The notes under the pieces were generated by a model. It searched no databases and had not been told where the DNA came from. It worked only from the letters and a program-made list of their open reading frames with translations. From an uncultured Planctomycetota bacterium (GTDB lineage: Bacteria; Planctomycetota; Planctomycetia; Pirellulales; Lacipirellulaceae), in NCBI GenBank assembly GCA_963719315.1, contig CAVRBU010000002.1:1984001-2048000 (forward strand): DNA of 64,000 bases. The letters are read 5' to 3'. Positions 43,851-53,023 of the stretch are shown here, piece by piece. The translations under genes and the position numbers were made by a program. How positions within the stretch are numbered: position 1 is the first letter of the stretch; each line of letters opens with the position of its first letter.

Positions 43851-44813
43851 TTACTGCCGATAACCTTCATGGCAATTCGTGCACGCCTTCGAGGCCTTGC
43901 CGATTGACTGGCGGGCTTGTTCGTAATTGTCAAGTTCCACCGCCGCGGCCACGTCGCTTTCGGCTTGCTTCAGGTCGCGGGCGTACTGGGCGTAGGTTTC
44001 ATCGTCCCAGTATTCGAAACCCTCGTGGCCGATGATGTCGGCGATCGTGGCGGCCATCTGCGATTCGTGTTTGATGTCGTCGCGGTGGGCGGCGAACTCC
44101 TCTTTGCTCGAAAGCCATTTTTTCAGCCGGTCTAGTTGGGCGATGTTCAGCCGTTGCATCAGCGGCGGGCGATCGGAGACCTGGCCCCAATCGGCTTTCT
44201 TTTCGGCGTCGGACGACTTGGGCCGATTGCCGCCGATCAAGTCGGCCAGGTCTTGCTTGCGTTGCGTTGCTTCCTGGAACGATTGATCGGTGCCGACCTT
44301 GCAATTGTGCCCTGCCCTGGCGAAGACATCGCGGAGCGGAGCGGCCGAATCCTTCCAGCGGACTTCTCCGTCGTATTCGGCCGCGACAGCGAACAATGCG
44401 GCCAGCACACTGAACTCGCGTCGGCAATCCTTGTAACCGCCGCCTTTGAATTGGGCCGGGGCTGTGACATCCTTCGATACTTCCTGGGCGAGACGCTTGA
44501 TTTCGGTTTCGATCGTTTCGGCATCGATCAGCTTGGACCAGCCGTTGACGGATGCGGCAGCCGCGGGGACGCCGGGTGTGCTGGACGTGGGCGAGGCGCT
44601 AGCGACGGCGCTCGTTTTTTCATAATCGGGCCGCGTGCCGACGAGTTTTGTCCGAGCGTCGGGAAAGAAGGCGTCCAGCACGTCGGCCGACCATTTCGGG
44701 GGGCGAGCACGTTTCGGGGGTGCTAGGGGTTCTTTAGCCACAGTGAGCGCAGCGCCCGAAATCGCGGTCGCCACCGCCAGTACGAATGCACTATTAGCCA
44801 AACGCGAATTCAA
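43851..44813 (-). CDS. Secreted cytochrome c'-like (class II) heme protein
   Basis: Signal peptide, helical body, and a C-terminal CTNCH heme motif five residues from the end. Confidence 0.75.
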   Translation of the reverse strand: MNSRLANSAFVLAVATAISGAALTVAKEPLAPPKRARPPKWSADVLDAFFPDARTKLVGTRPDYEKTSAVASASPTSSTPGVPAAAASVNGWSKLIDAETIETEIKRLAQEVSKDVTAPAQFKGGGYKDCRREFSVLAALFAVAAEYDGEVRWKDSAAPLRDVFARAGHNCKVGTDQSFQEATQRKQDLADLIGGNRPKSSDAEKKADWGQVSDRPPLMQRLNIAQLDRLKKWLSSKEEFAAHRDDIKHESQMAATIADIIGHEGFEYWDDETYAQYARDLKQAESDVAAAVELDNYEQARQSIGKASKACTNCHEGYRQ

Positions 44814-44884
44814 GCAGGATTCTCCGCTCCGTTAATGTGCCTCGACGTATTATCGGCGGTGGCCGCGCGGCCAGCAAGCGGCAG

Positions 44885-44942
44885 CACGTGGCCGAGTCTC
44901 TCCGAGACTCGAATTCGCGTTTCGGAGAGACTCGGCCACGTG
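44885..44942. repeat. REP-like palindrome
   Basis: CACGTGGCCGAGTCTCTCCGA ... TCGGAGAGACTCGGCCACGTG, perfect 21-bp arms. Confidence 0.8.
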
Positions 44943-44985
44943 TGCATCTACCGGGCCCGCGGCCTCTGTGATACGTTAGCTCGAC

Positions 44986-46800
44986 ATGAACCCGCAACTA
45001 CTACAGACCACGTTGGATAAGGTGAAACAGGCCGTGACCGACGGCAAGCTGACGGCTTCCGCCGCTGAAAATATGCGGGCCTGGTTGACGGAATCGCGAT
45101 ACGCCGCCTACTCCGATGAAGTGGCAGCCCACGTCGCCGACGGCAAGTGGCAGACGCTCGACGATGTGTTCTGGACGGTAATCCCGTTCGGCACCGGCGG
45201 GCGGCGCGGGAAGATGTACCCCATCGGGTCGAACGCCATCAACGATCGCACGATTGGCGAGAGCGCGCAAGGTCTCGCCGACTATGTGAAAGAGACGCTG
45301 GGCGCCGGCGCCTCGCTGTCGTGCGCAATCGGGTTCGACACGCGGCATAGGTCGGATCATTTTGCTCGACTGTGCGCCGAAATCATGACGGCGGCCGGGT
45401 TCACCGTCTACTTCTTGGGTCAATATCGGGCCACGCCGGAGTTGTCGTTCACGGTTCGCGAGAAGAAGTGCTCGTGCGGAATCATGGTCACAGCCAGTCA
45501 TAATCCACCGACCGATAACGCGGTAAAGGTGTACTGGTCCACCGGCGGCCAGATTCTCCCGCCGCACGACGAGGGCATTATCGAACGCGTGATGAACACG
45601 CAGGAGATTCATCGCGCGAAGTTCGACGAGATGCTGGCCGCGGGGCGGATCGTTCCCTGCCAGGATGAGATGGATGTGAAATTTCAGCGAGCGGTGATGA
45701 CGCAGGCGTCGCCCGGACCGCGCGATCTGAAGGTGATTTACTCGCCGCTGCATGGCGTGGGGGCGACGGCCGTGTTGCCGGTGCTGGCCGAGGATGGCTT
45801 CAAGTCGGTGGAGCTGTTCGGGCCGCACTCGAAGCCGGATGGCGACTTTCCGAACGTGCCGGGGCACGTGGCGAATCCGGAGCGGCCCGAAGTTTTCGAT
45901 GCGATCATCGCCCGCGCCCGCGAAACTGGGGCCGATCTCGCGCTGGCGACCGATCCGGATTGTGACCGAATCGGTTGCGCGGCGCCCGTTACGTCTGCCA
46001 AGGATGCGGCCTGGCACACGTTGACCGGCAACCAGCTTTGTGCGTTGCTGGCAGATTATGTGCTTGAGACCCGCCTCAAGTCGGGCCGTATCTCGTCGCA
46101 ACATTTCATCGTCGAAACGCTGGTGACGACGCAGATGGTCCGCCGCATCGGCGACAGTTACGGAGTGCGCACGATTGGCGATCTGCTCGTGGGCTTCAAA
46201 TGGATTGCTCAAGCGATCGATCAATACGGGCCCGACTTGTTCATTTTCGGCACCGAAGAATCGCACGGCTACATGGCGGGCAACTACGTTCGCGACAAAG
46301 ATGGCGCGGTGGCTTCCATGCTGTTGTGCGAGCTGGCGGCCACGCTCAAGGCGGCCGGCCAAACGCTGCATGAAAAGTTGGACGCGCTGTTCTGGCAACA
46401 TGGCGCACATCTGGAAAAAACTATTTCCGTGCAGATGCCGGGGAGCGAAGGAATGACCCGCATGCAAGAGGTGATGGCCGAGTTTCGCGCCGGTCCGCCG
46501 GCCGAGATCGGCGGCGACCGCGTCGCGCAAATGCGCGATTACGAGCGGCAAACCGTGACGGCGGCGGGTGGAAAGCCGCAGCCACTCGCGGGCCCGCAGG
46601 GCGATCTCGTGTTCTTTGACCTGGCCACAAGAGGCAACTATTTAGCCTGCCGGCCCAGCGGCACGGAGCCGAAAATCAAGATCTACCTGTTCGGGTACAT
46701 ACCGCCGGAGCAGTTGTCGAATCTCGACGCTGCGAAATCTCAACTAGACGAGCGCCTCCGCCGCATGGAGGCCGATCTCCGCAAATTCGCCGGCATGTGA
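44986..46800 (+). CDS. Phosphoglucomutase/phosphomannomutase (alpha-D-phosphohexomutase)
   Basis: Motifs FGTGGRRG, TASHNP, DPDCDR, EESHG, RPSGTEPKIK. Confidence 0.95.
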   Translation: MNPQLLQTTLDKVKQAVTDGKLTASAAENMRAWLTESRYAAYSDEVAAHVADGKWQTLDDVFWTVIPFGTGGRRGKMYPIGSNAINDRTIGESAQGLADYVKETLGAGASLSCAIGFDTRHRSDHFARLCAEIMTAAGFTVYFLGQYRATPELSFTVREKKCSCGIMVTASHNPPTDNAVKVYWSTGGQILPPHDEGIIERVMNTQEIHRAKFDEMLAAGRIVPCQDEMDVKFQRAVMTQASPGPRDLKVIYSPLHGVGATAVLPVLAEDGFKSVELFGPHSKPDGDFPNVPGHVANPERPEVFDAIIARARETGADLALATDPDCDRIGCAAPVTSAKDAAWHTLTGNQLCALLADYVLETRLKSGRISSQHFIVETLVTTQMVRRIGDSYGVRTIGDLLVGFKWIAQAIDQYGPDLFIFGTEESHGYMAGNYVRDKDGAVASMLLCELAATLKAAGQTLHEKLDALFWQHGAHLEKTISVQMPGSEGMTRMQEVMAEFRAGPPAEIGGDRVAQMRDYERQTVTAAGGKPQPLAGPQGDLVFFDLATRGNYLACRPSGTEPKIKIYLFGYIPPEQLSNLDAAKSQLDERLRRMEADLRKFAGM

Positions 46801-46826
46801 CGATCGCGGCTCAAACAACGTTGCGA

Positions 46827-47669
46827 TCAGCTCTTGGGTTTCACCGCATAGATTTTGACGCTGGCCGCGAAGTCGTTGACATTGTAGCGGGCCAATAAGT
46901 CGCCCAGCTCGCTATGCAGTTCCGTTGAACAACTAGAAACAATTGGCAGGCCGCTGCTCATTGACGGCGAGCAGCAGCCCGATTGTCCTTCCACTTTGGC
47001 ATAAGCGTTCAAGTCGGACTCGCTGTCGATGATCTGGACTGCATCGAAGCCGGCGGCCGCGAGCCCGGATCGGTAGTCGTCAATCATGATGGCCCCGGCA
47101 ATGCAACCGACGTAGGCCATGAGATCGTTGCCAATCTCTGGCGGTAGAGGTTTCTTGAGCGCAATGTCGCTTACCGCCAATCGTCCACCCGGTTTTAGCA
47201 CGCGGGCAATCTCTCGGAAAACTGCCGCCTTGTCGGACGCGAGATTGATGACGCAATTGCTAATCACGCAATCAACCGACGAATCTGGCAATGGAAGTTT
47301 GTCGATAGTAGATTTGTGAAACGCCACATTTGTACGACCGGCAGCATTGCGCTTTGCCAAGTCGAGCATTTCATCGGTCATGTCGATACCGATCGCCTTG
47401 CCGGCCGGACCAACCTTGTCGGCTGCCAGGAACACGTCTAAGCCGCCGCCGCTCCCAAGGTCAACAACCGTTTCACCCGGTCGCAAGCTGGCAAACGCCG
47501 TGGGGTTCCCGCACGAAAGTCCCATGTTGGCTTCGGCGGGAATGGACGCCAATTCCTCGGGCGAGTAGCCGAAGGCTTCGGCCACGGCACGAACGCCATC
47601 TTGATTGGTAGATATTCCGCTGGTCGCCACCGACGCATACTTCTCTCGAACTACGTCTTCAATCTTCAT
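46827..47669 (-). CDS. arsM: Arsenite S-adenosylmethionine methyltransferase
   Basis: Motifs [39 protein letters not shown]; located in an ars operon. Confidence 0.93.
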   Translation of the reverse strand: MKIEDVVREKYASVATSGISTNQDGVRAVAEAFGYSPEELASIPAEANMGLSCGNPTAFASLRPGETVVDLGSGGGLDVFLAADKVGPAGKAIGIDMTDEMLDLAKRNAAGRTNVAFHKSTIDKLPLPDSSVDCVISNCVINLASDKAAVFREIARVLKPGGRLAVSDIALKKPLPPEIGNDLMAYVGCIAGAIMIDDYRSGLAAAGFDAVQIIDSESDLNAYAKVEGQSGCCSPSMSSGLPIVSSCSTELHSELGDLLARYNVNDFAASVKIYAVKPKS

Positions 47670-48034
47670 GGCAATAGCTCCTTAACCTTGGCTCGAATTA
47701 GATCCCGTACTTCGCGAAATTGTTCAGGCGACATTGCTTTGGGGTCGGGGATATTCCAGTCTTCCCGGCGGGTGGCGCGAAGATTGGGGCATTGGTCGCC
47801 GCAGCCCATGCTTACCGCCAGGTCAAACGTCACGTCGGGAAGATCGTCGATCGATTTGGATTTGTGGGTCGATAAGTCATAGCCGAGTTCCCGCATTGCT
47901 TCGATCGCTTTGGGATTTACCTTGCCCGATGGCCGCGAACCGGCGCTGAACGCTTCAATTCCTTCCATGCGGGCGAAAGCTTCCGCCATCTGGCTCCGAT
48001 TCGAGTTTTCGACGCACACAAAAACGGCCTTCAT
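47666..48034 (-). CDS. arsC: Arsenate reductase ArsC (LMW-PTP fold)
   Basis: [16 protein letters not shown]-loop, [22 protein letters not shown] overlaps with both neighbours. Confidence 0.9.
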   Translation of the reverse strand: MKAVFVCVENSNRSQMAEAFARMEGIEAFSAGSRPSGKVNPKAIEAMRELGYDLSTHKSKSIDDLPDVTFDLAVSMGCGDQCPNLRATRREDWNIPDPKAMSPEQFREVRDLIRAKVKELLP

Positions 48035-48664
48035 GTTGTCACCCTGTGGCACAGTACACCGACGGCCGAGCCGACAATCGGCGCGGAAATGTAAATCCAG
48101 AACGTCGGCGATTGCACCGCTCACCACTGCTGGAGCAAGCGAGCGTGCGGGATTCATGGACGCGCCGGAGATTGGCCCGGCGAACATCGCCTCGAAAGCG
48201 ATGACGCCGCCGATGGCGACGCCCGCGAGCAACCCCTTTTCCTTCGGCCCCGTCGCGACCCCCAGAATCACGAACATGAGCATCGCGGTTAACACGCATT
48301 CCAGCGTGAAAGTTTGAACGGCAGACCCGGCCGGATGTGTTGCCCCGAGAGTCGGATGGGTAAACATCAGCCACAGTAGGCCGCTGGCAGCAAACGCGCC
48401 GGCAATCTGGCTTGCCACGTAAGGTGCAATTGCTGCTGCCGGCAATCGGCGCGCGAACCAAAATCCCAGCGTTACGGCCGGGTTTAAATGCGCTCCGGAC
48501 GTGTCGCCAACGGCGTAAAACATCGACATAACGACCAGCCCAAATGTCAGCGCAATTCCGACATGCGTTATCTTCCCGCCAGATAAATCGTCAATGACAA
48601 TCGCGCCAGTTCCAGCAAAGACGAGGCAGAATGTACCGATGGCTTCAGCGATGTATTTCTTCAT
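48031..48664 (-). CDS. MIP-family aquaporin/aquaglyceroporin (arsenite channel candidate), apparent +1 frameshift near 48101
   Basis: Two NPA boxes (HLNPAVT, SMNPARS). The canonical last helix WIYISAPIVGSAVG...* is in the adjacent frame and ends at an ATGA overlap with arsC. Confidence 0.88.
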
Positions 48665-48666
48665 CG

Positions 48667-48996
48667 TTAGCAGCACTTCGGTTTGAGCCTCTTTGCGTCC
48701 TTCGCAAGCTCAGGAACTTCCTGAAAGCAACAGCGTAGACACTCGATTAGCTTTGCGTGTAACTTGGTTTCCGGATCGGCAAGCTTGTAATGCATCCACA
48801 GTCCGTCTTTTCGTGCTTCGACGAGTCCGGCTTTTCGCAGATAGGCTAAATGCCGGGACACCGAAGGCTGTGGGATGTCGAGTGTGCTGACGATGTCGCA
48901 CACGCACAATTCACCCCGCAGGAGCAAATTCAAGATGCGAAGTCGGGTGCGATCGGCGAATGCCCGAAACATCGAATTCGCGGAGATGGCTTTCAT
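48667..48996 (-). CDS. arsR: ArsR/SmtB family transcriptional repressor
   Basis: ADRTRLRIL, ELCVCD As(III) box, SRHLAYLRKAGLV, and C-terminal CC pairs. Confidence 0.93.
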   Translation of the reverse strand: MKAISANSMFRAFADRTRLRILNLLLRGELCVCDIVSTLDIPQPSVSRHLAYLRKAGLVEARKDGLWMHYKLADPETKLHAKLIECLRCCFQEVPELAKDAKRLKPKCC

Positions 48997-49017
48997 ATAT
49001 TCGCCTGAGCGAATATA
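48996..49017. promoter_or_regulatory. Probable ArsR operator
   Basis: Perfect 9-4-9 inverted repeat TATATTCGC-CTGA-GCGAATATA abutting the arsR start codon. Confidence 0.7.
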
Positions 49018-49165
49018 GTTTTAGCGGCGCTTCAGGGATCGCACAAGACGGATCCCGCAACGGTTCACTTTTTCTATCGCGGCCTGCCTGCAGGAAATTG
49101 CCGCGATTTCCGCGTTAGTCGACTGGGCAGGATTTATGACACATGCCTGCTAGAATTGTGTTCGT

Positions 49166-50560
49166 ATGGCCCGTAGTGATGATTCAAGCGAGAACGAAAC
49201 GACGCCGAGCGATGTCAACTTGCCCGTGAAGTTGTCCAAGACGCAGGCGGAGTTTTTTGCCCGCGCGGCGGAGAAGGTCCGGAGCAAGTTTCCGTCGGCG
49301 CCAGGCGTCTACATATTTCAGGACCAGGCCGGCCGAGTGTTGTATATCGGCAAGGCGAAGGACTTGCGGGCCCGCGCGGGGAGCTATTTCCTGGCGGCTG
49401 CAGCCGAGGACCAGCGGACGGCCCGGCTGGTGCGCGAAGCATATGACGTTGATTTCGTGGAAACGGAGAGCGACGTTGACGCGCTATTGATGGAAGCGCG
49501 ATTGGTCAAAGACATCCAGCCCAAGCACAATCGCGATCTTCGCGACGACAAAAGTTTTCCGTACTTGCAAATCACGACGCACGAGGATTTTCCGCGGATT
49601 GAAGTCACCCGCCAGCCCCACACGAGCGGCGTCAAGCTGTACGGGCCGTTCGCGAACGCCGGCAGTTTGCGGGGGGCCGTGCAGGCGTTGCAAAAGGTGT
49701 TCAAGTTTCGCACGTGTTCGTTGGACATCGAGGCCGACGACACGCGGTGGCGGTGGTTTCGGCCCTGCTTGCTGGCGTCGATCAACCAGTGCACGGCGCC
49801 ATGCAATCTGCGGATCGGCAAGGAGGAATACCGCAACGACATCAAGCGGCTGCGGATGTTTTTGGAGGGGAACCGCAAGAAACTGCTCAACGACATGCGG
49901 GCGGAGATGGCCGAAGCGTCGGCCAAGTTGCGTTTCGAACAGGCTGCGCGGCTGCGCGATGAAATTGTAATGATCGAACGCCTCGGTGAGCGCGGCGAAA
50001 TCGATACGCACGAGCAGCCCGAAGTCTTTTTCATCGATCCCAAAAAAGGCCTCGCGGGCTTGCAGAAGATTTTCAAGCTGGAAACACGGCCGCGGAATAT
50101 CGAGGGCGTTGATATCGCGCATTTAGGTGGAACCGAAACGGTCGCCAGCCTGGTGCAATTCCTGGATGGGCTGCCGTTCAAGCCGGGTTACCGGCGGTTT
50201 CGGATTCGCGACGTGGAAGGCATCGACGATTACGCGAGCATCCGCGAAGTCGTGGCGCGGCGCTTCCGGAAGCTGCGGGCCGACGGCGATGTATTCCCGG
50301 ACGTGCTGCTGGTCGACGGCGGCCTCGGCCAGTTGCGGCGGGCGATAGAGGCCTTCAAAAAGTTGGAGATCAAGCCGCCGCTCGTCCTCTCGCTCGCCAA
50401 GAAGGAGGAACTAGTGTACGTGATGAACCGCACGAAGCCGCTGCGGCTGAGCCGGCGTTCGTACGCGTTGCGGCTGTTGCAGTACGTGCGCGACGAGGCC
50501 CACCGGTTCGCGCAGCACTACCACCATCTGCTGCGGCGAAAGCGGACGCTGGGCGAGTAG
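49166..50560 (+). CDS. uvrC: Excinuclease ABC subunit C (short form, no C-terminal HhH)
   Basis: GVY..YIGKAKDLR GIY-YIG domain, DDKSFPY, Cys cluster, FEQAARLRD, EGVDIAH, DGGLGQL, RDEAHRFA. Confidence 0.9.
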   Translation: MARSDDSSENETTPSDVNLPVKLSKTQAEFFARAAEKVRSKFPSAPGVYIFQDQAGRVLYIGKAKDLRARAGSYFLAAAAEDQRTARLVREAYDVDFVETESDVDALLMEARLVKDIQPKHNRDLRDDKSFPYLQITTHEDFPRIEVTRQPHTSGVKLYGPFANAGSLRGAVQALQKVFKFRTCSLDIEADDTRWRWFRPCLLASINQCTAPCNLRIGKEEYRNDIKRLRMFLEGNRKKLLNDMRAEMAEASAKLRFEQAARLRDEIVMIERLGERGEIDTHEQPEVFFIDPKKGLAGLQKIFKLETRPRNIEGVDIAHLGGTETVASLVQFLDGLPFKPGYRRFRIRDVEGIDDYASIREVVARRFRKLRADGDVFPDVLLVDGGLGQLRRAIEAFKKLEIKPPLVLSLAKKEELVYVMNRTKPLRLSRRSYALRLLQYVRDEAHRFAQHYHHLLRRKRTLGE

Positions 50561-50563
50561 GTG

Positions 50564-50668
50564 CCTGAGCAGTTTTGCCAGCGGGGGTAGCACCGACTTT
50601 CGGCCGTGGAGAATTGTTTGGGAACGCAACGCACCGGCGGCCGAAAGTCGGTGCTACCCGTGCTCAGG
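50564..50668. repeat. REP-like palindrome after uvrC
   Basis: GGGTAGCACCGACTTTCGGCCG / CGGCCGAAAGTCGGTGCTACCC (perfect 22 bp) inside outer CCTGAGCA/TGCTCAGG arms. Confidence 0.8.
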
Positions 50669-50930
50669 AGAATTTGGAACTTTCGGCGAACTCGATTTTA
50701 TATTCCATAAGTCGCTAATATTGGATCGGTCGCGTTGCGAGAAACGCGGGAAAACAGGTTCAGTGGAACCGATCACGACTTGATTCTCTATGGCTGGACG
50801 AAGTAATGTTCGTCGATTTGAGCGCATGGTTCGCGGCTAAGTACTGCGAGCCTCAAGTTGGGAAATGGGTGCGTCTTGCACTATCAGAAATGTAGAATAA
50901 CCACGTTCTTCCCACCTACCACTCTATGGG

Positions 50931-51365
50931 CTACTTCGTACGCTTGCTGAGTTCCTCTCGAAGCTTTGTCACTTCGAATTGCAATGCTTCGATCTTGGCA
51001 TCGTGGATTTCGTCCTTCACAAACCGAATCCTTGGTCGCAATCGCGAGTATACGGAAGCGAGAGACAAGGGCCAAACGATATTTGCAATTACGAAGACCA
51101 CTCCGAGCGTAACAGACAAGGCATTCGCGTTGTTGTCGAATGGATCGAATGCACCAACGATTTGAGACCCCCCAACAAACATGAGAATCATTGCCAGCAC
51201 CAACGCCCCCCAGCACACATGAAACGTGATCTTTTCCATACGCAAAGCTCGGGTCAACGCTGTTTCGAGATTCATTCGATACTCCTCATACTCAGATTTG
51301 TCCAGGCGTTCTTCGCGAAGGAGCCGTTCTCCTAGCGAATCCGTGTGTTGTGACTGCTCAGCCAT
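50931..51365 (-). CDS. Two-TM membrane protein, candidate anti-sigma/partner of the ECF sigma factor
   Basis: Overlaps the ECF stop codon; two hydrophobic segments flanked by charged helices. Confidence 0.7.
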   Translation of the reverse strand: MAEQSQHTDSLGERLLREERLDKSEYEEYRMNLETALTRALRMEKITFHVCWGALVLAMILMFVGGSQIVGAFDPFDNNANALSVTLGVVFVIANIVWPLSLASVYSRLRPRIRFVKDEIHDAKIEALQFEVTKLREELSKRTK

Positions 51366-51909
51366 CTTGGAACTCCTCAAGTTCTCGCCGCAACACTCGC
51401 CGAGCGTGATGCAAACGGGACTTGACGGTCCCGTCACTGCACCCCAGGACTTCGGCGATCTCTTTCACTGTCATGTCTTCCAGAAATCGAAGCGTCAGAA
51501 TGCGACGATGATCGACGGACAAACGTTTCAGACCGACGTGTACCAATTCCGCATTGTCAAAGACAGACTCGGCGTCGCCCGCATCTTGACTGGCGGAGCA
51601 TTCGTCGACGTTTTCAACCAACAGAGGCTGGCGAGTCTTTTTGCGAAGTTCGCTGACGGCTTTGTCGTGAGCGATACGGTATACCCATACACGAAACGCC
51701 TCGGCAGATTTCAAGGTAGGAAGTTTTCGATGTGCCGTAAGCCATACTGCCTGTAGAACGTCGAAGGCCGAATCATCTTTACCTAGAATCCTTCGCACGA
51801 AGTAAAGTAATCGACGGTCGTATGCTTCAACCAACCATGAAAACGCCGCTCGATCACCCTTGCGAGCTAGCAGGACAGTTTCGCGTTCGTTAGCAAACTC
51901 GTCGACCAT
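51358..51909 (-). CDS. ECF RNA polymerase sigma factor
   Basis: Motifs GDRAAF..LV..Y, FRVWVYRIAH (region 2), EIAEVLG...GTVKSRLHHAR (region 4). Confidence 0.93.
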   Translation of the reverse strand: MVDEFANERETVLLARKGDRAAFSWLVEAYDRRLLYFVRRILGKDDSAFDVLQAVWLTAHRKLPTLKSAEAFRVWVYRIAHDKAVSELRKKTRQPLLVENVDECSASQDAGDAESVFDNAELVHVGLKRLSVDHRRILTLRFLEDMTVKEIAEVLGCSDGTVKSRLHHARRVLRRELEEFQDG

Positions 51910-52166
51910 TGTTGGCGGATTCTGACACCATCTTGTTCGGCATTCATACGTCTACGTCGCTTTGAACAACGATTTGGTTCAAAAATTCTGAGAAGTTTTT
52001 ACCCGGAAAGCAGGGCGTGGGCTGGCTTGAATGGATTGAAAAGGCAGACGAATAAACCAACGCAGGAACAGCAGCGTGGCGTGGGCGAGCCGGATAGCGG
52101 TGTCAGGAAGCGATTCGCAGATTACGGCTTGTCGACAAGTAGGGCGGAAGAAGCCCGCCAGATTAA

Positions 52167-52418
52167 TCATGCCGACTTAATCAGCGTTCGCACCGCGAGC
52201 ACTTCGTCGGCATGGAGCGGTTCGATATCGGCGGCGTTGACGACTACGACTTGCAGTGAGTCGCCGAGCGCGTTGGTCACCTCGAGGACGAAACCTCCGG
52301 GGCCGCACGCGGGATGTGGAACTTTGTCGACGAGCGTGGCGACGTCGCCGCGTTTCAGGCCGTGTTCGTTCAAATCGCGGGTGAGTGCAACGCGGTCGTA
52401 AAGTGCCAGGTTGTTCAT
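52167..52418 (-). CDS. DUF4926-like small protein
   Basis: LYDRVALTRDL.EHGLKRGDVATLVD...LEV.NALG pattern; ATGA-coupled to the upstream gene. Confidence 0.8.
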   Translation of the reverse strand: MNNLALYDRVALTRDLNEHGLKRGDVATLVDKVPHPACGPGGFVLEVTNALGDSLQVVVVNAADIEPLHADEVLAVRTLIKSA

Positions 52419-52744
52419 TTCTTGCTCTGAGGCTTCAGCGTTACCAAGTGAAAAGTGCCGTCTATGTTCCATTGTAGCCAGATCAGCACCACCAATAGAG
52501 GGCGACCGTTCGGTCCTGCGAGTTCACCTTCGACTCGGAAAAAAGTACCGTATTCGTTCTGTCCGTCCTCGAACGCATCGACGCTGCCGGCCAGACTGCG
52601 GATGGCACGACCCAATGCAGCAGAATCCGCGAGTGAAAAGCCCGCTCGGGCAAGAAACTCCGACTTATCATCCCAGGGACGAGGAATGAGCAGGTATTGA
52701 TTGAGCTTTTCGGCGGGGATGACCGCGTCTGGTGGTATTCGCAT
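52415..52744 (-). CDS. DUF6883-like protein
   Basis: I.AEKL..YLL..DKS.FL..AGF...YG..F.V.G.L.GPNG....IW....LVT pattern. Confidence 0.75.
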   Translation of the reverse strand: MRIPPDAVIPAEKLNQYLLIPRPWDDKSEFLARAGFSLADSAALGRAIRSLAGSVDAFEDGQNEYGTFFRVEGELAGPNGRPLLVVLIWLQWNIDGTFHLVTLKPQSKK

Positions 52745-52816
52745 GAGGGCTCTGATTATCCCTGCGTCCGCCCCCACAGCAATTGGGGTCAGAGCAATAT
52801 GCAACTTTGGCTTTCG

Positions 52817-52845
52817 TTGACACTTGCTGGCGTAGCCGTTAGTCT
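52817..52845 (+). promoter_or_regulatory. Sigma70-type promoter for the pil cluster
   Basis: TTGACA - 17 bp - TAGTCT, about 180 bp upstream of the first pilB. Confidence 0.6.
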
Positions 52846-53023
52846 AAGAGATACCTAGAGTTAGCACTTTTCCGATGGTTTTTTGGGGAGCCGTCGGCGA
52901 GTTTCTCCGAAGCTCGCATTCCGCGGCGGACGCGGCCTCGTGGCGCGGCTGCAACATCCGGGGTAGCGGCACACGAATAGAATATCGGTTGAGCAAACAG
53001 AGCTTTCAGTTGAGCGCTGGAAC

